This document shows positions 41,669 through 52,883 of a stretch of DNA of 64,000 nucleotides, in pieces. The translations under genes and the position numbers were made by a program. The notes beneath the pieces are model-generated. The model saw only the letters and a program-made list of their open reading frames with translations, did not search any database and was not told the origin of the DNA. Every line of letters begins with the position of its first letter. The stretch's first letter is position 1. The stretch is from an uncultured bacterium (GTDB taxonomy: Bacteria > Patescibacteriota > Microgenomatia > UBA1400 > PJMF01): positions 67,246 to 131,245 of the forward strand of contig CAIMNJ010000018.1 in assembly GCA_903842795.1 (NCBI GenBank), read 5' to 3'.

Positions 41669-42385
41669 TTAGTCAGTCATGCTTTCAATCAAACCCTTGA
41701 AATATTTCATGATTGGCAATACGTAAGAATAATCAAATCTAGTAGAGCCCAATACTCCAAAGCGGCAATTGGTGCTTGGCAGCTCTACGAACATAATACT
41801 AATTTGATCCAAATCCTTATTGCCTAAATCTTGACCAAAGATGACCTTTACTGCGTTTTCGCTGTGGCTACTTTCAAAGATTTGATCCATCAATTGCTCT
41901 TCTTCAATCATGTGTAAAACATGCCTGGTCAAATTGATGTCATAAAACTCTGGCATTTGCAAAAGATTGGAATAACCAGAATGAAACATTCTACCTTCCG
42001 CATTCATAGCGATTCCAAGAGCATGGGATTTTTCTGCCAAAACCTTGGAGGTTTCATAAAGCAAATCTTCCATGCGATTGCGATAACGCCAGATTTTTTC
42101 TTTGACACCGACCTCATCTGCAACAGAGAGCTCTTTTTCTTTGACCAACTCATTAATGTAAAGACGCATTGCCAAAGCAGTGGGAACACGACCTGCACTA
42201 ATATGAGATTTAATCAAATAGCCTTGTTTGGTTAGATAGACCATTTCGTTGCGAATGGTAGCTGGAGAAACACCAATATTAAATTTCTTATCAATTTTTT
42301 CAGAACCAACAGGCATGCCTGTCTCAATAAATTCCTCAATAATGGCACGCAATATTTGAATCTGTCGGGCAACTAGATCAATCAT
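41669..42385 (-). CDS. hrcA: Heat-inducible transcription repressor HrcA (short form, 238 aa)
   Basis: N-terminal winged helix (ILRAIIEEFIETGMPVGSEKI...GVSPATIRNEMVYLTKQGYL). It sits at the head of grpE-dnaK-dnaJ with a CIRCE element immediately upstream. Confidence 0.85.
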   Translation of the reverse strand: MIDLVARQIQILRAIIEEFIETGMPVGSEKIDKKFNIGVSPATIRNEMVYLTKQGYLIKSHISAGRVPTALAMRLYINELVKEKELSVADEVGVKEKIWRYRNRMEDLLYETSKVLAEKSHALGIAMNAEGRMFHSGYSNLLQMPEFYDINLTRHVLHMIEEEQLMDQIFESSHSENAVKVIFGQDLGNKDLDQISIMFVELPSTNCRFGVLGSTRFDYSYVLPIMKYFKGLIESMTD

Positions 42386-42388
42386 ATA

Positions 42389-42415
42389 TTAGCAATCATA
42401 CCGAGAGGTTGCTAA
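42389..42415. promoter_or_regulatory. CIRCE operator upstream of hrcA (variant consensus)
   Basis: TTAGCAATC-ATACCGAGA-GGTTGCTAA: a 9-N9-9 inverted repeat with 8/9 arm complementarity (canonical TTAGCACTC-N9-GAGTGCTAA). It lies 4 nt upstream of the hrcA start. Confidence 0.8.
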
Positions 42416-42448
42416 AGTGTCAAGCTCATAAAGCTATTCTTTATGTTT

Positions 42449-44264
<1,816 letters not shown>

Positions 44265-44272
44265 TTAATTTC

Positions 44273-45181
44273 CTAGCGCATCTTGGCGCTACTAATATCT
44301 AACAATTCATTAGTAATCATGGTTTGGCGTGATTTATTGAAGTCTAATTTCAAAACCTCAACCAACTCCTTAGCATTGTCGCTTGCACTCTTCATGGCAA
44401 TCATACGAGCACTGTGTTCACTTGCCAAAGATTCCAAAACCAAGTGATAAAAACTTAACTCCAAATAGTAGTTTAGTAAAAAATCCAATAAAGAACTTGG
44501 GCTTGGCTCTAATAAATAATTTGCTCTAACCTTTTCACCGTCTTCTTCTTTTTTGTGTTCTGCGTGCTTAGGATTTTTATTTTTAAATTCTGCCTCTAAT
44601 TGCTGAATTTGCAAATCTTGTAATGGCAGAAGTTTAAAAATCAAACTACGCTGTTTTAAGACATTTACGAAGTCAGTAAAGAGAACATCGATATTATTAA
44701 TTTCTCCAGCCAGATATTTATTTTTGATCAAATCAATCAGTGGCAAAACATCACTCATCTTAGTTTTTTCTGGCCAATCAGTAAAACCAGCCAATAAATT
44801 GAAGCCGCGATTGCGTAAAAAAGTCACTGCCTTTTGACCAACTGCCACATAAGCAGCATTTGGATGATCTTTAGACCACAACATTAATTTTTTAAAAAGA
44901 TTGGTGTTGAGTGAACCGCACAAACCTTTATTGGTAGAAATGACGATCATCATGTCACTGCCAGGTCTGTCTTTACTCAAAAATGGATGAAGCTTGGGAT
45001 CAGCGAAATTAGCAACTGTTTCCAAAGAATCCAATAAAGACTGAATATATGGCAAAGAACTAGTGGCCACTTTTTGGGAGTATTTAGTTTTGCTGGCAGA
45101 AACCAACTGCATCGCATTAGTGATTTTGGCGATATTCTGCACAGAATTGACGCGGCGTTTGATGATTCTTGCGTTGGCCAT
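44273..45181 (-). CDS. atpG: F1Fo ATP synthase subunit gamma
   Basis: 302-aa ORF; the N-terminal MANARIIKRRVNSVQNIAKITNAMQLVSASK and the C-terminal helix match the gamma subunit. Confidence 0.92.
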   Translation of the reverse strand: MANARIIKRRVNSVQNIAKITNAMQLVSASKTKYSQKVATSSLPYIQSLLDSLETVANFADPKLHPFLSKDRPGSDMMIVISTNKGLCGSLNTNLFKKLMLWSKDHPNAAYVAVGQKAVTFLRNRGFNLLAGFTDWPEKTKMSDVLPLIDLIKNKYLAGEINNIDVLFTDFVNVLKQRSLIFKLLPLQDLQIQQLEAEFKNKNPKHAEHKKEEDGEKVRANYLLEPSPSSLLDFLLNYYLELSFYHLVLESLASEHSARMIAMKSASDNAKELVEVLKLDFNKSRQTMITNELLDISSAKMR

Positions 45182-45186
45182 AAAAA

Positions 45187-46704
45187 CTAAGCCTCTTTCT
45201 TATAAAAACGAGGATGAGTCTTCTCAAATTCCTTAATAAGTTTTTTCAAATCTTCTTCTTGAGGACCTTCGATTTTGACACCAGTTTGAAGAGTTTTGAA
45301 TAAATTGGCAAAGTTATTTCTGGCAAAAGCCAAATATTCTGTCTCCCATGAAGAAAGGTCTGTCACTTCAACTACATCTAAGTAGCCATTAACAGCAGCG
45401 TAGATCATTAAAACCTGCTCGGCGACTGACATTTGTAAATCCCAAGGCTGTTTTAAAATCTCACTCACTCTTTTACCTCTGTCTAATTGTTTTTTTGTGG
45501 CTGCATCAAGATCAGAACTAAATTGAGCAAAAGCCTCTAATTCTCTGAACTGGGCTAAATCCAATTTCAAACTACCAGCTACTTGTTTCATAGCTTTAAG
45601 CTGAGCGGCCGAACCCACACGAGAAACTGAGAGACCAATATTGATAGCTGGTCTCATACCTGAGTTGAATAAATCTGTTTCCAAATAAATTTGGCCATCA
45701 GTGATAGAGATCACATTGGTTGGAATATATGCAGAAACGTCATTGGCTTGAGTTTCAATAATTGGCAAAGCGGTAATAGAACCACCACCATTTTCTTTAT
45801 TGAGCTTACAAGCTCTCTCCAATAAACGAGAATGCAAGTAAAAAACGTCACCAGGATAAGCCTCACGACCAGATGGTCTCTTAAGCAACAAGGAAATTTC
45901 ACGATAAGCTTGAGCGTGTTTACTAAGATCATCAAAAATGACCAAAACGTCCTTGCCTTTGTCCAAGAAATACTCTGCCACAGCTTGACCTGAATATGGA
46001 GCTAAAAATTGTAAAGAAGCTGACTCAGAAGCAGAAGCAGACACCACGGTGGTGTAAGCCAAAGCACCATTATCATCCAAAGTTTGGATGAATTGAGCTA
46101 AAGTAGATTTCTTCTGACCAATGGCAACATAAACACAAATTACATCTTTATCTCTTTGGTTGAGAATTGTAGCCAAAGCAATTGAAGATTTACCAGTGTT
46201 GCGATCGCCAATAATCAATTCACGCTGACCACGACCAATTGGAATCAAAGCATCAACAGCCTTAATACCAGTTTGTAGTGGCTGATTAACTCCTTCACGA
46301 GCAATAACACCAGGAGCAATCTTCTCCAAATACATATCTCTATCTTTTTTGATTGCAGCTTTGCCATCAACAGCTACACCAAGTGGATCAATTACTCTAC
46401 CAACAATTTCATCAGAGACGTTGATAGACAAAATTTTGCCAGTACGATAAACAAAGTCTCCAGCTTTGATTTTTCTAGCACCAGAAAGAACGATGATGCC
46501 GACTTTTTCTTTTTCAAGATTGAGTGCGACGCCATAACCATCGTTACCAAAACTAACTAACTCTCCTGCTTGTACATCTGCTAGCTCATCAGAGAAAACA
46601 ATACCATCGGCATAAGAAATAACTCTTCCGATAGAAACGCTTTGAGCGTTTAGATCGCTATCTTTAATTGAACTAAGATTGGCAAAAATATCTGATTTTG
46701 ACAT
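45187..46704 (-). CDS. atpA: F1Fo ATP synthase subunit alpha
   Basis: Walker A GDRNTGKSS and the alpha-specific blocks, 505 aa. Confidence 0.97.
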   Translation of the reverse strand: MSKSDIFANLSSIKDSDLNAQSVSIGRVISYADGIVFSDELADVQAGELVSFGNDGYGVALNLEKEKVGIIVLSGARKIKAGDFVYRTGKILSINVSDEIVGRVIDPLGVAVDGKAAIKKDRDMYLEKIAPGVIAREGVNQPLQTGIKAVDALIPIGRGQRELIIGDRNTGKSSIALATILNQRDKDVICVYVAIGQKKSTLAQFIQTLDDNGALAYTTVVSASASESASLQFLAPYSGQAVAEYFLDKGKDVLVIFDDLSKHAQAYREISLLLKRPSGREAYPGDVFYLHSRLLERACKLNKENGGGSITALPIIETQANDVSAYIPTNVISITDGQIYLETDLFNSGMRPAINIGLSVSRVGSAAQLKAMKQVAGSLKLDLAQFRELEAFAQFSSDLDAATKKQLDRGKRVSEILKQPWDLQMSVAEQVLMIYAAVNGYLDVVEVTDLSSWETEYLAFARNNFANLFKTLQTGVKIEGPQEEDLKKLIKEFEKTHPRFYKKEA

Positions 46705-46706
46705 AT

Positions 46707-46922
46707 TTAAATTTTACTAGCTAACTGATTTAGACGAGCTCTTAAGCTAGTGTCATAAAGCCTACCAGCCACGCTCACACTTAAACCAGCAATTAATTCC
46801 TCTTTGACCTGATAATTAAAAGCAAGCTCTTCTTTAGAATATTTTTTTTGCAAGGAAGCTTCTAACTTCTTTTTTTGAATATCACTAAGAGCAATTGCAC
46901 TGGCAATATTAATTTGCAACAT
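46707..46922 (-). CDS. atpH: F1Fo ATP synthase subunit delta (minimal 71-aa form, C-terminal domain only)
   Basis: 71-aa ORF between atpF and atpA. It matches only the C-terminal part of OSCP/delta (…ELIAGLSVSVAGRLYDTSLRARLNQL). The ~100-aa N-terminal helical bundle is absent. Confidence 0.7.
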   Translation of the reverse strand: MLQINIASAIALSDIQKKKLEASLQKKYSKEELAFNYQVKEELIAGLSVSVAGRLYDTSLRARLNQLASKI

Positions 46923-46924
46923 AT

Positions 46925-47410
46925 TTAAAGACTTTCAATAATTTCATTAATTGAATCATCAATTAATTTTTGATGTTTCTTGCCATCAATTGAAGAACCA
47001 AGCACTTTTTCTGCAATCACTAAAGCAGCTTTTTTAACTTCTGCTTCCATTGATTTGAGTTCTTCTTTTTTCAATTTAGCTAATTCACTAGAAAACTTAG
47101 CCTCTTTGGCAGAAATTTCTTCTTTGCTACGCTCTAAGAGAAGCTTAGCATCGTTTTTAGCTTCTTTTCTAATTTCATCTTCAATTTTTTTAGCTTTTTG
47201 ATTGGCTTTAAGCAAAGTGCTCTCTTTGAGCTTTTCAATCTCTTCTTTTTCTTGTAAAACCTGCTCAGCAGCTTTAGCAGCCTCAGCAACTTTCTTCTTG
47301 CGATCTTCTAGAAGCTTGAGAACTGGTTTGTAAACTAAGCGAGTCAAGAAAAACAACACCAAACCAAAGTTAATCATTTGAAAGATAATTTGGGGAAATT
47401 GTATATCCAT
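46925..47410 (-). CDS. atpF: F1Fo ATP synthase subunit b
   Basis: N-terminal TM helix (IIFQMINFGLVLFFLTRLVY), then a long charged coiled coil, 161 aa. Confidence 0.88.
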   Translation of the reverse strand: MDIQFPQIIFQMINFGLVLFFLTRLVYKPVLKLLEDRKKKVAEAAKAAEQVLQEKEEIEKLKESTLLKANQKAKKIEDEIRKEAKNDAKLLLERSKEEISAKEAKFSSELAKLKKEELKSMEAEVKKAALVIAEKVLGSSIDGKKHQKLIDDSINEIIESL

Positions 47411-47430
47411 AGTTTTATCCTTTTTTTTGA

Positions 47431-47664
<234 letters not shown>

Positions 47665-47710
47665 TTAATGTTTTTTAATTACTATTTTATTAATTTACTT
47701 TCAAACTCAC

Positions 47711-48700
47711 TTAGCTGTGAGCTACCTCAGCACTTTCCTCATGATGACTCTTAGTAGCCAAATTGAAGAAGATTAGAGATAACATTGAAAAGACCAAAGC
47801 CTGAATGAAACCGACAAACAATTCCAAAGCATAGAATGGAGCTGGCACCAAAATGGCGACCAAATAGGTCATGACTGCCAACAACACTTCACCGGCAAAA
47901 ACATTACCAAATAATCTGAAGGCAAAAGAAACAATTTTGGCTAATTCCAAAACAATTTCCAAAATACCAACAAAGAAATTGATCGGACTAGAGAAATTGA
48001 TAAACTTAGAGAAATAAGACAAACCAAGATGAGAAATGCCAAAAATTTGGGTCAAAACCACTGAAATAATAGCCAAAGCCAAAGTAGTATTGAGATCAGC
48101 AGTGGCAGCTCTAAAAAGAGGTACCAATTTAGCATGAACGCTCTCAGCATCACCAGACTCAGCAGAAGATTCATGATTCTCAGCAGCAACTTCGGTAGTT
48201 TCACTTGCAGCAGCACCCTCGACTTCAGCTTTTACTGGAGCCTCTTCAACAACTTTAACGGAACTAGCCATCACTTGTTTAGGAGCTAGAGAAAGCTCTT
48301 CTTTTTCTGCCTCAGGAGCCAAAATTGAACCAACACCTGGCAACAAACCAATGTAATTGTTCATGATGATAAAAATGAAAAAAGTAGCAATCAATGGAAA
48401 GAATAAAAGCGTTTTTTTGGTATTCTCTGTAATCGAATAAACAAAACCATACAAGGCTTCAACAATCATTTCAACAAAATTTTGAAAAGAACTTGGCTTA
48501 TCTGTTTCTTTAAATTTTGATTTAAAAATTAAAGCAAAGCCAATGAGCAAAAAACTAACAATTAAACTTGTAAAAATTGAGTTACTAATTGCTAAACCAA
48601 AAAAATTAAATACTGGCTCAGCAGAAATAGAAACATGTAAGGTCTGATTTCCCATCTTATTTACTCTTTCTAGAGTTAGATTTGTAGAGAAATAAGACAA
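47711..48700 (-). CDS. atpB: F1Fo ATP synthase subunit a, with an acidic low-complexity loop insertion
   Basis: 329-aa ORF with five or six TM helices and the conserved Arg in LAKIVSFAFRLFGNVFAGEVLL. A ~65-aa A/E/S/V-rich insertion (APEAEKEELSLAPKQVMASSVKVVEEAPVKAEVEGAAASETTEVAAENHESSAESGDAES) sits between helices. Confidence 0.88.
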   Translation of the reverse strand: MSYFSTNLTLERVNKMGNQTLHVSISAEPVFNFFGLAISNSIFTSLIVSFLLIGFALIFKSKFKETDKPSSFQNFVEMIVEALYGFVYSITENTKKTLLFFPLIATFFIFIIMNNYIGLLPGVGSILAPEAEKEELSLAPKQVMASSVKVVEEAPVKAEVEGAAASETTEVAAENHESSAESGDAESVHAKLVPLFRAATADLNTTLALAIISVVLTQIFGISHLGLSYFSKFINFSSPINFFVGILEIVLELAKIVSFAFRLFGNVFAGEVLLAVMTYLVAILVPAPFYALELFVGFIQALVFSMLSLIFFNLATKSHHEESAEVAHS

Positions 48701-48828
48701 ATCGTTGTCTATATTTTTATTTCCCTACAAATCCACTATTAAAATACTAAATTAGAACTATACGGCGTGGATTATAAATAAGCAAAGCAAATAAGACAAG
48801 CATCTGTTTTTTTGCTAACATTAATTCA

Positions 48829-50253
48829 ATGAACCAGAATTATCCCATCAATCCTAGATTACAAAAAAAAAGAAAAGCTATTTTGTCTTTTTTTACCCTT
48901 TTAATTTTGGTGGGGGGTATCATGGCTGGGGCATGGCAAATCAAGGTTGTTAGACAATTTTTTGGTCAAGCAAGTGGTAAGGAAGCCAACCTAGTTGTCG
49001 ATGTCACTGCCGTGCTTGGCCCAATGCCTAGACCATGGCGCAATCTCGCTCAAGGCGGTGAGGATCATGCCTGGAGAATTGGTAATTTAACCGGACAAGT
49101 CGCCGCACTCAAACCAGAATATATTCGTTTAGACCATATTTATGATTTTTATGACATTGTTCAAGGCACTCCTGGAAACATCACTTTCGATTGGACTAAA
49201 TTTGACTTAATTATTGATGACATCATTCAAACTGGTGCCAAACCATATATTGCCCTGAGTTATATGCCACCAGCCATATCTTCTGGAGATATTTTGGCTT
49301 ATCCAACTAATTGGTCAGATTGGCAATTAGTTGTACAAAAAACTATTGAACACGTGAGTGGCACCAAGGGCATTCGCGATGTTTATTATGAAGTTTGGAA
49401 CGAACCGGATCTTTTTGGCTCTTTCAAATACTACGGCGACAAGAATTACTTAACTCTTTATTCTTACGCTAGTGCTGGAGCCAAAAATGCTCACGGTGCG
49501 TTGCCTTTCAAACTGGGTGGACCAGCAATCACAGCTCTCTATGAGAACTGGTTTATAGCCTGGGCCAAAGGTTGTACCGAAAATAAATGGCGTTGTGACT
49601 TCTTTTCATGGCATAGATACAGCAATGACTTAGATCAATACGCTCAAGATATGAAATCAGTTAGACAATGGGTGCAAGAATTTCCTCAATTAGAACCAAC
49701 CCTAGAATTTCAAATCACGGAATGGGGTCATGATAGTAATAATCATGCTGGTTATGACTCTCAATATGGCGCTGCTCACACTGTGGCAGGAGCAATTGCT
49801 ATGGGCAATTATGTGCAAAGAGCTTTTGCCTTTGAAATTCAAGATGGCAAAGATCCAAATGGCAAAAATCTTTGGGGTCGCTGGGGATTATTTACTCATA
49901 ATGACTTTGGTGCCAACAGTAAACCAAGATACAGAGGACTTAAAATGCTAGATAGCATCGCTGATCAGCGTTTACAAATCAATGGACTTGGTTCATGGGT
50001 TAAAGCCTTGGCAGCCAAAAACACCAATGGCGATACTGAAATGATTATTGCCAATTTTGATGCCAATGCTGCTCATAGCGAATTGGTGCCGATTACTTTT
50101 ATCAATATAGAACCTGGCACATATACATTGAGCAAAGAGTTTTTAAGCGGATCAAAACAAACTCAGGAAATTGCCACTACAGCAGCGGCGCTAAGAGCTG
50201 AAGTATTTATGCCCGTCAATGATGTGGCTAAAATAAAATTGATTAAAAAATAA
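48829..50253 (+). CDS. Membrane-anchored clan GH-A glycoside hydrolase (GH39/GH5-like)
   Basis: N-terminal TM anchor (ILSFFTLLILVGGIMAGAW). The catalytic acid/base context is VYYEVWNEPD and the nucleophile context is EFQITEWGHD, the retaining (beta/alpha)8 signature of GH-A. It is the only plus-strand gene in a ~45-kb minus-strand run. Confidence 0.6.
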   Translation: MNQNYPINPRLQKKRKAILSFFTLLILVGGIMAGAWQIKVVRQFFGQASGKEANLVVDVTAVLGPMPRPWRNLAQGGEDHAWRIGNLTGQVAALKPEYIRLDHIYDFYDIVQGTPGNITFDWTKFDLIIDDIIQTGAKPYIALSYMPPAISSGDILAYPTNWSDWQLVVQKTIEHVSGTKGIRDVYYEVWNEPDLFGSFKYYGDKNYLTLYSYASAGAKNAHGALPFKLGGPAITALYENWFIAWAKGCTENKWRCDFFSWHRYSNDLDQYAQDMKSVRQWVQEFPQLEPTLEFQITEWGHDSNNHAGYDSQYGAAHTVAGAIAMGNYVQRAFAFEIQDGKDPNGKNLWGRWGLFTHNDFGANSKPRYRGLKMLDSIADQRLQINGLGSWVKALAAKNTNGDTEMIIANFDANAAHSELVPITFINIEPGTYTLSKEFLSGSKQTQEIATTAAALRAEVFMPVNDVAKIKLIKK

Positions 50254-50267
50254 ATTTATCAGACTTA

Positions 50268-51416
50268 TCAAGAATTAATCACGGCTTTGAGCTGATCTTT
50301 GAAATTTTGTGGTGAATATTTTTTGGTAGTTTGGTGAATTTCATTTTGATTGCAAACAAATTCTTTTTCAAATTTTTCAATTGCTTGCACCAAACCATCT
50401 ACGCTTAAAGTTTCAAAAAAAATACCAGTTTTATTTTCAATAATAGTTTCTTTTGGGCCGCCAGATTTATGCGCAATCACTGGCGTGCCAAAAGTCATTG
50501 CTTCCACTGGCACCATACCAAAATCTTCATCTTCAACTGGATAAAGCAAAGCTTTGGCATTTTTATATAAATCAATTAATTGTTTATCATTAACAGCTCC
50601 AAGAAACTCAACTGTTTTGCCTGCCATGTTTTTAAGATCATTAAGCATAGCACCAGAGCCAACTACTTTTAGTGGCAAATCTAATTTGCTAGCTGCCTGG
50701 ACAGCAATTTCTGGATGCTTGGCTAAAGCTAAGCGATTAACATAAAGGTAATAAGATTCATTTTTTTTCGACATTAGTTGCTTTTTTTCTGTTTCACCAA
50801 GATTGGTAAAAAAAGCATCAGCCTGATCAAAAATTTCAATTGGCGGATTAATAACTATGCTTTCTCTCTTGTAGAATTTTTTGATACGCAGAGCTGTTTC
50901 TTTAGAATTAGCGATCATTATGTCTGGGTTTTGCCCAGCCACGAAATCCATCTGCCTGACAAAGTGATTGAGAAAATTACCAGCTAAGCGAGTGATCGGA
51001 TTGGCTTGCCAATTACTTTTAGCACTATATCCATAAAGAACTCTTGGTGGAGTGTGGCAATAACAAATATGCTTGCCATTTTTGACCTGCACTGCTTTGG
51101 CAAAATAAGCATTAGAAGAACTAATCACCAAATCATATTCACTAAAATCGAATTGCTCGAAAGCCCATTTGGCAAAAACACGCATTGGCGAAAACAATTT
51201 TTTATAAAAAGGAAAATTAATCAATTTACTTTGGCGAATATCCCAACTAGCAAAACGAAACCAGTTCTTGCCCATAGCTTTTTCATCCACAAAAGCTGTG
51301 TAAACTGGCGCATCTGGATAAATTTCGTGCAAAGCCTCTAAAACTCTTTCCGCTCCACCATACTCTCGCAAATAATCGTGAACTAGGGCAATTTTAGGAA
51401 AATATTTTTTTGACAT
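50268..51416 (-). CDS. Glycosyltransferase family 4 (GT-B fold)
   Basis: The N-terminus IALVHDYLREYGGAERVLEALHEIYP is typical of GT4. The C-terminus has the E-x7-E-like region (FGMVPVEAMTFGTPVIAHKSGGPKETI). Confidence 0.8.
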   Translation of the reverse strand: MSKKYFPKIALVHDYLREYGGAERVLEALHEIYPDAPVYTAFVDEKAMGKNWFRFASWDIRQSKLINFPFYKKLFSPMRVFAKWAFEQFDFSEYDLVISSSNAYFAKAVQVKNGKHICYCHTPPRVLYGYSAKSNWQANPITRLAGNFLNHFVRQMDFVAGQNPDIMIANSKETALRIKKFYKRESIVINPPIEIFDQADAFFTNLGETEKKQLMSKKNESYYLYVNRLALAKHPEIAVQAASKLDLPLKVVGSGAMLNDLKNMAGKTVEFLGAVNDKQLIDLYKNAKALLYPVEDEDFGMVPVEAMTFGTPVIAHKSGGPKETIIENKTGIFFETLSVDGLVQAIEKFEKEFVCNQNEIHQTTKKYSPQNFKDQLKAVINS

Positions 51417-52348
51417 TAAAATAAGGCTTCCTGAACTGAGGTTTCAAAAGCGTCTTTTGGTAAAGAACTAACCAAAGATTTAAAACCCAAATCCATAAAA
51501 ATCTTAATTACTTGATTTTTATCATAAGAAGTTAGTCGACAATTTTCTAGATCAAAATCAATTGGCGCTTTGCATTCAATTGTAGCCAATTCTTTACTCA
51601 TAAAAGCTGCTTCTTTACCTTCTAAGAGTTTTGGCAATAAAGCTCCCTTAATTAATTCATCTCCAACTGGTTGTTTGGCTAAGAAATCATAAATTTTTTC
51701 TACCGTGCCAAATTTTTGAATCAAATTAGCTGCTGTTTTGGGCCCAACACCCTTGACTCCTGGAATATTATCAGACGTATCTCCCATCAAAGCTTTTAGA
51801 TCTATTACTTGCAGTGGTTTAATACCTAATTTTTTTTCAACCAATGCAGCATCATATTCAATATCACCTTTTTGCTTACCACGAGCTGGCATCCAGATAT
51901 GAGTATCGTTATCAACCAACTGAAAAGAGTCCTGATCACCAGTCACAATAATTGTTAGCAATTCTCGATCTAAGTGCTCGACTTTACGGTTGACTGTGCC
52001 AATCAAATCATCAGCCTCGAATCCTTCTATTTCAAATTTAGGAATTCCAAGTGCTTGCACAACGTCTTTGACCAATTGAATTTGAGGAATCAAATCATCT
52101 GGCATTTTGGCCCTTTGAGCCTTGTAGCCATCAAATTTTTTGTGACGAAAAGTGGGCTTGGGATGATCAAAACAAACCGCCGCATATTCTGGTTCAAAAT
52201 AAGAAACAGCAGCAAGAACCATCTTGCTAAAACCATAAACAGCATTTACCAGCCTTCCATTTGGATCAGTAAGATTGGGAATACCATAATAGGCACGATA
52301 AATTAAAGCATGAGCATCAACCAAAAGAAATTTTTTGCGCGAGGACAT
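51416..52348 (-). CDS. Standalone 5'-3' exonuclease (FEN/Pol I N-terminal domain-like, with H3TH)
   Basis: LLVDAHALIYRAYYG, the acidic metal site EADDLIGT, and an H3TH motif (IPGVKGVGPKTAANLIQKFG). 310 aa with no polymerase domain. Confidence 0.85.
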   Translation of the reverse strand: MSSRKKFLLVDAHALIYRAYYGIPNLTDPNGRLVNAVYGFSKMVLAAVSYFEPEYAAVCFDHPKPTFRHKKFDGYKAQRAKMPDDLIPQIQLVKDVVQALGIPKFEIEGFEADDLIGTVNRKVEHLDRELLTIIVTGDQDSFQLVDNDTHIWMPARGKQKGDIEYDAALVEKKLGIKPLQVIDLKALMGDTSDNIPGVKGVGPKTAANLIQKFGTVEKIYDFLAKQPVGDELIKGALLPKLLEGKEAAFMSKELATIECKAPIDFDLENCRLTSYDKNQVIKIFMDLGFKSLVSSLPKDAFETSVQEALF

Positions 52349-52391
52349 TGTTTCATTTTACCAGAGTTTCTACAAAGCCAACCAACAATTC

Positions 52392-52883
52392 TTACTGTTT
52401 TAATTTTTTCTCACCTTTTTGAAGAATAATAAAATCAGTTTTTTTCTTGACCTCTTCCACACTTTTGCTAATTTGTTCAAGTTGTTTATAAATTTTTTCC
52501 CATTCGTAGTTGTCTCTTTTGCGGTGCAATTGAACAACCAAACTTCCAATAATACTACTCGTCATAACCACACCGATTAACTGCAAAATAATTCCGAGCA
52601 CACGCCCTTCAAGAGTTACTGGCACCACATCTCCATAACCTACAGAAGTAATAGTCGAAACCATCCACCACATTGAATCATTTAAATTATGAATTTTAGC
52701 GTTTGGCTTACCAGATTCTAAAGGCACAACTAAAATGGCAAAAGACAACGATAAGAAAAACAAAGACAACAAAATTTTTCGAAGTGTACGTTGACGAAAT
52801 AGTTGGGCAAGAATATTTCTCACACTGAAATTATACAGCTTTGGCTTTTGGCATGTCCATGAGTTTGGAGAACTCATCGGCAT
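52392..52883 (-). CDS. Two-TM potassium channel (KcsA-like pore)
   Basis: Selectivity filter TITSVGYGDVVP flanked by two TM helices. The annotated ATG start overlaps the ftsH 3' end by 52 nt; an alternative GTG near 52823 would remove the overlap. Confidence 0.75.
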   Translation of the reverse strand: MPMSSPNSWTCQKPKLYNFSVRNILAQLFRQRTLRKILLSLFFLSLSFAILVVPLESGKPNAKIHNLNDSMWWMVSTITSVGYGDVVPVTLEGRVLGIILQLIGVVMTSSIIGSLVVQLHRKRDNYEWEKIYKQLEQISKSVEEVKKKTDFIILQKGEKKLKQ

